A DNA stretch of 64,000 nucleotides. Origin: Alphaproteobacteria bacterium CG1_02_46_17. GTDB lineage: Bacteria; Pseudomonadota; Alphaproteobacteria; Micavibrionales; Micavibrionaceae. Every line of letters starts with the position of its first letter. Position 1 is the stretch's first letter. The stretch spans positions 40,752-104,751 of the forward strand of contig MNUG01000019.1 in assembly GCA_001871905.1 (NCBI GenBank). The letters are read 5' to 3'. A program made the position numbers and the translations under genes. This document shows, one piece after another, positions 59,475 through 64,000 of this stretch. The notes below the pieces were generated by a model that saw only the letters and a list, made by a program, of their open reading frames with translations, was not told the origin of the DNA and made no database searches.

Positions 59475-60674
59475 TTAAGCTGCTTGCTCTTTTTTCTCTG
59501 TTTTCTCTGCTGCAGCACGAGCTTTACGGCCTTTAATCATATTTTCCAGACGTTCGGCTGCTGCTTCCTCGGATATTTTTTCAACGGCGGCAACTTCACG
59601 AGCCAAGCGTTCCAGAGCAGATTGATAAATCTGACGTTCGGAGTAGGATTGCTCGGTTTCGTCATTGCTGCGTTTCAAATCGCGCAAAACCTCGGCGATC
59701 GAGACTGGATCACCGGAATTGATCTTGGTTTCGTATTCCTGAGCACGGCGTGACCACATCGCACGACGCACATGGGCTCGTCCTTGAAGGGTTTTTAGTG
59801 CATCTTCCATACGACCAGCCGAAGACAGACGGCGGAGGCCGGATGCGTGGGCTTTAGCCACAGGGACTTTCAGGCGCATACGGTCTTTTTCGAAGGCGAT
59901 AGCATAGAGTTTAATTTCCATGCCACCGATGATCTGTGTTTCAACAGCCTCGATTTCACCAACTCCATGAGCAGGGTAGCAAACATAGTCGCCTTTTTTG
60001 AATTCTACTTTTTCTTCCTCTTTTTCAATTGGCGCCATTTGGCGAGTTGGTTGAAGCGGAGCTAGAGGCTTGTTAATAACCTGAATAGGGCGATAGACCG
60101 GTCTAGCAGTTGTCCCAGTTGCAGGAGTAGCCGACGCTTTTTGTGGAGCGATGGAGATAACAGGTTTTGCCGTTCCGGTTGATACTGTCGGCATATTCTG
60201 GTTCAGCGGCGACTTAACAAAAATTGGGCTTTTATTGCTTGAAGGTGTTGGAGTCTGGGTGGTTGGTTTTACCGCTGCTTTCTTAGATGTCTTGGCAGGG
60301 GCGGCCACTTTTGTTGCTTTTATTTCAGCTTTTTTTGCTGGAGCAGCTTTCACTGCGGCCTTTTTGACTGGAGCTGGAGATGCGATTTTTGCGACCTTTT
60401 TTGTTGGAGTGGCTACTTTTACAGCTTTTTTTGCTGGCGTGACCTTGGAGGCTACGGCTTTTGCCGGAGCTTTTACAGGGGCAGCTTTTTTGCTGACAGG
60501 TGTTTTTACGGCTTTAGACACAGTTTTAACTGGAGCCTTGGTGGTTTTGGTTGTTATTTTGGCGGTGGTTTTGGCAGGTTTCTTTACTGCCTTGCTTACA
60601 GGGACAGTTTTCTTAGTAGTTGCTTTTTTAGACTTTTCGCTCTTTTTCATGCCTTTACGCCCTTTTGTTTGCAT
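59475..60674 (-). CDS. carD: CarD/CdnL-family RNA polymerase-binding regulator with long N-terminal Lys/Ala/Pro-rich (histone H1-like) extension
   Basis: 399 aa. Residues about 224-399 form a CarD_CdnL_TRCF-like module (FKKGDYVCYPAHGVGEI...IFEKDRMRLKVP...WSRRAQEY...). Residues 1-137 are KKPAK/AKKA-type repeats, and residues 138-222 are a Ser/Thr/Pro linker. Confidence 0.85.
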   Translation of the reverse strand: MQTKGRKGMKKSEKSKKATTKKTVPVSKAVKKPAKTTAKITTKTTKAPVKTVSKAVKTPVSKKAAPVKAPAKAVASKVTPAKKAVKVATPTKKVAKIASPAPVKKAAVKAAPAKKAEIKATKVAAPAKTSKKAAVKPTTQTPTPSSNKSPIFVKSPLNQNMPTVSTGTAKPVISIAPQKASATPATGTTARPVYRPIQVINKPLAPLQPTRQMAPIEKEEEKVEFKKGDYVCYPAHGVGEIEAVETQIIGGMEIKLYAIAFEKDRMRLKVPVAKAHASGLRRLSSAGRMEDALKTLQGRAHVRRAMWSRRAQEYETKINSGDPVSIAEVLRDLKRSNDETEQSYSERQIYQSALERLAREVAAVEKISEEAAAERLENMIKGRKARAAAEKTEKKEQAA

Positions 60675-60764
60675 ATCGGTTCAATTTTGGTGACCAGTTG
60701 CATCAACTCTTCTGCCGATCCTTGACTGGTTCGCCCGTCTTTTTAAGCTTACGATGTCAGATGG

Positions 60765-60785
60765 TGACAATTTGAAAAATTGTCA
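60765..60785. promoter_or_regulatory. perfect palindrome TGACAATTT-GAA-AAATTGTCA in the carD leader
   Basis: It has 9-bp arms and a 3-bp spacer. It lies about 90 nt upstream of the carD ATG and downstream of the predicted promoter. It could be an operator or an RNA hairpin. Confidence 0.3.
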
Positions 60786-60861
60786 TTGACGCTGACTAAA
60801 GGAGTGTTTAAGTAATAATTACGCACTCCTGTATCCGGCTCATCGCTGAAGCATGTGGGGG

Positions 60862-60889
60862 AGTATAACAGAATTTCAGGATTTTTCAA
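60862..60889 (-). promoter_or_regulatory. candidate sigma-70-type promoter for carD
   Basis: The minus strand reads TTGAAA-N16-TATACT. It would give a 5' leader of about 180 nt that contains the palindrome. Confidence 0.35.
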
Positions 60890-60961
60890 ATTTTTCTTTA
60901 CGATTCGTTAATATCGCAGCTTTGTGCGGTTGCGTAGCAATTTTTTGTGGCGAGGATGGGG

Positions 60962-61300
60962 CTAATCCCCTTCGCCAGGGTTGGGAGAAAACCATTCCTT
61001 GAATTTATTTTTCATAGATTTGAATTTCTCAGCCTCAGGCATGGCCGCCTTCTTACGGGTGATGTTTGGCCAGATCGACGCATACTTGGTGTTCATTTCC
61101 AGATATTCCTGCCCAGCAGGGTGGGAATCGGGAACAATGGCTTCAATAGGGCATTCGGGCTCACATACGCCGCAATCAATACACTCGTCAGGGTGGATGA
61201 CCAGTGTGTTTTCACCTTCATAAAAGCAATCAACGGGGCAGACTTCGACACAGTCTGTGTATTTGCATTTAATACAGATGTCGGTCACTACAAATGTCAT
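60962..61300 (-). CDS. fdxA: 7Fe ferredoxin (FdxA type)
   Basis: 112 aa from the ATG at 61300, with an AAGGTG Shine-Dalgarno upstream. Cluster motifs are [14 protein letters not shown] and [12 protein letters not shown]. The fdxA-carD linkage is common in alphaproteobacteria. Confidence 0.9.
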   Translation of the reverse strand: MTFVVTDICIKCKYTDCVEVCPVDCFYEGENTLVIHPDECIDCGVCEPECPIEAIVPDSHPAGQEYLEMNTKYASIWPNITRKKAAMPEAEKFKSMKNKFKEWFSPNPGEGD

Positions 61301-61364
61301 TTTAACACCTTCGTATATATAAAGAGCGGACGCAATATTTCGTCGCATTTCTAGGCAATTTTGC

Positions 61365-62225
61365 CTAGAAAATCAAGGCACGGTTTGTTGCGTTCAGGGT
61401 GACGTTTTGTCCCACCGGAATGGGGAAAATTCTGCCATCATGGCCAATGTCTGCATTTGATATTATAGGAGTATCAATATGTTGTGAGTGTTTCTTGATA
61501 ATTTGATTTAAGGATTCTCCATATGGTCGGCCAGTATCCTTATTATCTATAAATTGCCCGAAAACCAGTCCTGCTGGTTTCATCGTTGCAAAAATTTGCC
61601 ACAGCATTCGATCATAGCGGTTCAGTTCGTCACCAATATCTTCTAAAATCAGGATATGTCCGGTTAGATCCGGAAAATGTGGTGTTCCGATCAGCGCACA
61701 TAGATTTGATAATGTTGCAGCGAATATCGGAGCGGTTACAGTTCCATTCTTGATGGTCTCACCATTTTTGAAATTGATGGAAGGATGATTGCCGGATAGC
61801 AGGTTAAAGGTCAGGTCGATATGGTGTTGGTCCATCCGCGCAAAGGTTTGTACGGTCGGGCCAAACCAGCCCTTGATCCCCATTTTATAATGGGCAGCCA
61901 GCAGAGCTGTTATATCACTAAATCCCATAATTGGTTTATGGGAAGGGAGTTTTTCTAACTCTGGCAGTAGAAAGCAAGCACGGTTGCCGCCTGTCGCTGC
62001 CATGATGAAGTCAATAGATTGATCACTTGCTAGATCGGCGTAGGCCTTAATTTTGTCTTCTGTTGTTCCTGCAAGTTGGTTGCCGGTGTCTGCTCCGCTA
62101 TAGGTCTGTGGGTGAATCACCAGTTTATAGCCATGTTGTTCAAGGACATTTGCCCCGATGTCGAATCTATCGCGGAGGATTGCGCTGGAAGGTGAGAAAA
62201 CACCAATGGTTTTACCTTGAGTCAT
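61365..62225 (-). CDS. LD-carboxypeptidase (peptidase S66 family)
   Basis: 286 aa with the nucleophile motif [16 protein letters not shown]...YDRML and the C-terminal GH of the catalytic triad (DIGHDG). Confidence 0.8.
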   Translation of the reverse strand: MTQGKTIGVFSPSSAILRDRFDIGANVLEQHGYKLVIHPQTYSGADTGNQLAGTTEDKIKAYADLASDQSIDFIMAATGGNRACFLLPELEKLPSHKPIMGFSDITALLAAHYKMGIKGWFGPTVQTFARMDQHHIDLTFNLLSGNHPSINFKNGETIKNGTVTAPIFAATLSNLCALIGTPHFPDLTGHILILEDIGDELNRYDRMLWQIFATMKPAGLVFGQFIDNKDTGRPYGESLNQIIKKHSQHIDTPIISNADIGHDGRIFPIPVGQNVTLNATNRALIF

Positions 62226-62234
62226 GTCCGGATA

Positions 62235-63578
62235 TTACTTGATTGCCTTGAAGGCCTCAAGCGCCTTCTCTCTGGCTTTTTTATGATCGACCAGCGGTTT
62301 GATTTTATGGGAGTCTGGTGCACATTTGTTTATATATTCGTTTTCTGGATCAAATTTTTCACCCTGTGTGGTCGGATTGAAAATGCGGAAATATGGTGCT
62401 GCATCTGCACCGCATCCTGCAACCCATTGCCATGATGCCGCATTATTCGCAAGGTTTGCATCAACCAGAGTATCCCAGAACCAATCTTCGCCGATCCGCC
62501 AGTGGTAACGTAAGTCCTTGATCAGAAAGGATGCTGTAATCATTCTGACGCGGTTATGCATATATCCCGTTGCCCAAAGCTCACGCATGCCTGCATCCAC
62601 AATAGGGTATCCTGTTTCGCCTTTTTGCCAGCGTTCCAGTGTTTCATTATCCGGAGAGACCCAGTCGAATTGTTCAAATTTTTTATTCAATGGTTTTTCG
62701 GGAAGGTCAGGATTGTAATAGAGAAGAGAATAGGAAAATTCTCGCCATGCCAACTCAGACTGAAAACAATCAAGGTCAGGGCCTGCTGATGATTTAATCC
62801 CGCATTCGGTTGATCTATGCCAGACCTGATGCGGCGAAATTTCTCCAAAATGGAGGTGAGGAGATAATTTCGAGGTTTGATCCAATGAGGGGTAGTTTCG
62901 TTTGTCCTTATACCCATCAAGCTTTGTTTCAAGAAATATATCCAGTTGCTTATCTGCGGCTTGTTCCCCGACTTTCCAATAGGAAATCATGGGAATATCC
63001 CACGATGGATATTTGGGCAGGAGGTTTAATTCATCAAGGGATTTTGATTTTATGTCACGGTGAAAGGATGGAAGCGGTGGACATGGAATAGGGGCTCGGG
63101 GTGGTGGAGATCCTAGGCAACCTTTGCGAAAATATGGTGTAAAAACGCGGTAGGGTGTCCCATCCTGCTTTTTTATCTCCCATGGTTCCCACAGAAGCGA
63201 GCCATTGAAACTTTCGATTTGTATATTTTTTGATGTGAGAGTCTCTTTGATGTCTTTATCTCTGGCACTGCGCCATGGCTCATAACATCTGTTCCAAAAA
63301 ATTTTATCGGAATGAGACTTCTCTGTCAGCTCGGACAGAATGGTCTTGGCATCCCCTGACATCATCACAAGATTTCCCCCAAGAGACTTGTTTAGCATTT
63401 CAAGAGAGTGATGAAGCCATACTCGACTGGAACTTCCCATTTTCCATTGGGCGGAATTTTTATCATCCAGAATATATAACGCAATGATTTGAGCGCCGGT
63501 TTTGCACGCGGCGCTCCAAGCTGGGTTATCATGTAACCGAAGGTCTTGTCTGAACCAACAGATAACAGGGGAAGGCAT
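62235..63578 (-). CDS. phrB: deoxyribodipyrimidine photolyase (class I CPD photolyase/cryptochrome family)
   Basis: 447 aa. It begins WFRQDLRLHDNPA and has the FAD-binding region TGYPIVDAGMRELWATGYMHNRVRM and NNAASWQWVAGCGADAAPYFRIFNP. Confidence 0.9.
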   Translation of the reverse strand: MPSPVICWFRQDLRLHDNPAWSAACKTGAQIIALYILDDKNSAQWKMGSSSRVWLHHSLEMLNKSLGGNLVMMSGDAKTILSELTEKSHSDKIFWNRCYEPWRSARDKDIKETLTSKNIQIESFNGSLLWEPWEIKKQDGTPYRVFTPYFRKGCLGSPPPRAPIPCPPLPSFHRDIKSKSLDELNLLPKYPSWDIPMISYWKVGEQAADKQLDIFLETKLDGYKDKRNYPSLDQTSKLSPHLHFGEISPHQVWHRSTECGIKSSAGPDLDCFQSELAWREFSYSLLYYNPDLPEKPLNKKFEQFDWVSPDNETLERWQKGETGYPIVDAGMRELWATGYMHNRVRMITASFLIKDLRYHWRIGEDWFWDTLVDANLANNAASWQWVAGCGADAAPYFRIFNPTTQGEKFDPENEYINKCAPDSHKIKPLVDHKKAREKALEAFKAIK

Positions 63579-63589
63579 GTTTTTACTGC

Positions 63590-64000
63590 CTAACCGTCCT
63601 TGTTGATGGTCTTCACGATTTCATCGAGAATTTCATCTGCTTTCAAATTGTCAACCTGACAGGTTCCAGCTGCGTGATGTCCACCACCGCCATAACCCAG
63701 ACACAAAGCCCCGATGTCTGTTTGACTGGTTTTGTTGAGAATCGATTTGCCGATTGCAAATACAGTGTTTTGTTTGTTTTTCCCCCAAAGAACGTGAATT
63801 GAAATATTACATTGTGGGAACAGTGCGTAAATCATAAAGCGGTTGCCTGCATAGATCGTGTCTTCATTGCGCAGATCAAGAACAATAGTGTTCTTTTTAA
63901 TCCGGGCACAGCGTTCGATTTGTTCGCGAAATTTTGGTTGCTGGTCTTTGAAAAGCTCTACACGTTCTTTGACGTCAGGAAGTTGAAGAATAGCGCCGAT
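63590..64000 (-). CDS. DHH/DHHA1-family phosphoesterase, C-terminal part (5' end beyond the window)
   Basis: The reading frame stays open from 63590 to the window edge; my manual translation upstream of the 63835 ATG found no stop. It carries the DHHA1 motif GYGGGGHHAAG. Confidence 0.6.
   Translation of the reverse strand: MGAILQLPDVKERVELFKDQQPKFREQIERCARIKKNTIVLDLRNEDTIYAGNRFMIYALFPQCNISIHVLWGKNKQNTVFAIGKSILNKTSQTDIGALCLGYGGGGHHAAGTCQVDNLKADEILDEIVKTINKDG

Noticed and set aside
60151-60693. 180-aa plus-strand ORF (Ala/Phe/Gly/Val/Thr-rich) and the repetitive DNA that might suggest a repeat array
   Set aside because: It is the antisense of the Lys/Ala/Pro repeat region of carD. The repeats are imperfect coding repeats with no spacer/repeat regularity, so this is neither a CRISPR array nor a separate membrane protein.

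Overview
This is a 64-kb chromosomal segment from an alphaproteobacterium. The assignment rests on classical synteny blocks: birA-coaX-rnj; proS-lolC/E-lolD-dnaE; rseP-bamA-skp-lpxD-fabZ-lpxA-lpxI-lpxB; gltA; ppiD / tpiA-secG-pyrG-kdsA-eno-ftsB-pdhA-pdhB-pdhC-lpdA-lipA-ratA; ispDF / ntrY-ntrX-hfq-hflX; cspA; fdxA-carD; and phr. The sequence looks moderately AT-rich by eye and is very compact, with many ATGA or TAATG start/stop overlaps. I saw no rRNA, tRNA, CRISPR array, transposase or integrase, and no intergenic gap exceeds about 290 bp. About 62 protein genes are supported, most of them core housekeeping. The non-core content falls into four places. (1) An ECF sigma / membrane protein / Spy-CpxP-like operon, followed by a five-EF-hand acidic protein. 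A bipartite motif (CGACGGAA-N14/15-CGTTATG) precedes both the operon and the EF-hand gene. (2) The pyruvate dehydrogenase-lipoate operon, where every gene junction but the 12-nt pdhB-pdhC spacer carries orphan genes: a lipoprotein, two small tandem paralogs, a membrane-anchored ORF split by an in-frame TAG, and two large acidic paralogs. (3) A degenerate SpoT/Mesh1-like HD-domain protein with an unknown N-terminal half. (4) A CarD/CdnL regulator with a 220-residue histone-H1-like Lys/Ala/Pro N-terminal extension, tandem RseP paralogs, and two orphan repeat/low-complexity proteins. I found no canonical defence or toxin system. The best candidates for something undescribed are the orphan cassette between lpdA and lipA and the ECF/EF-hand module. 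All functional calls come from motif recognition by eye; no database search was possible.
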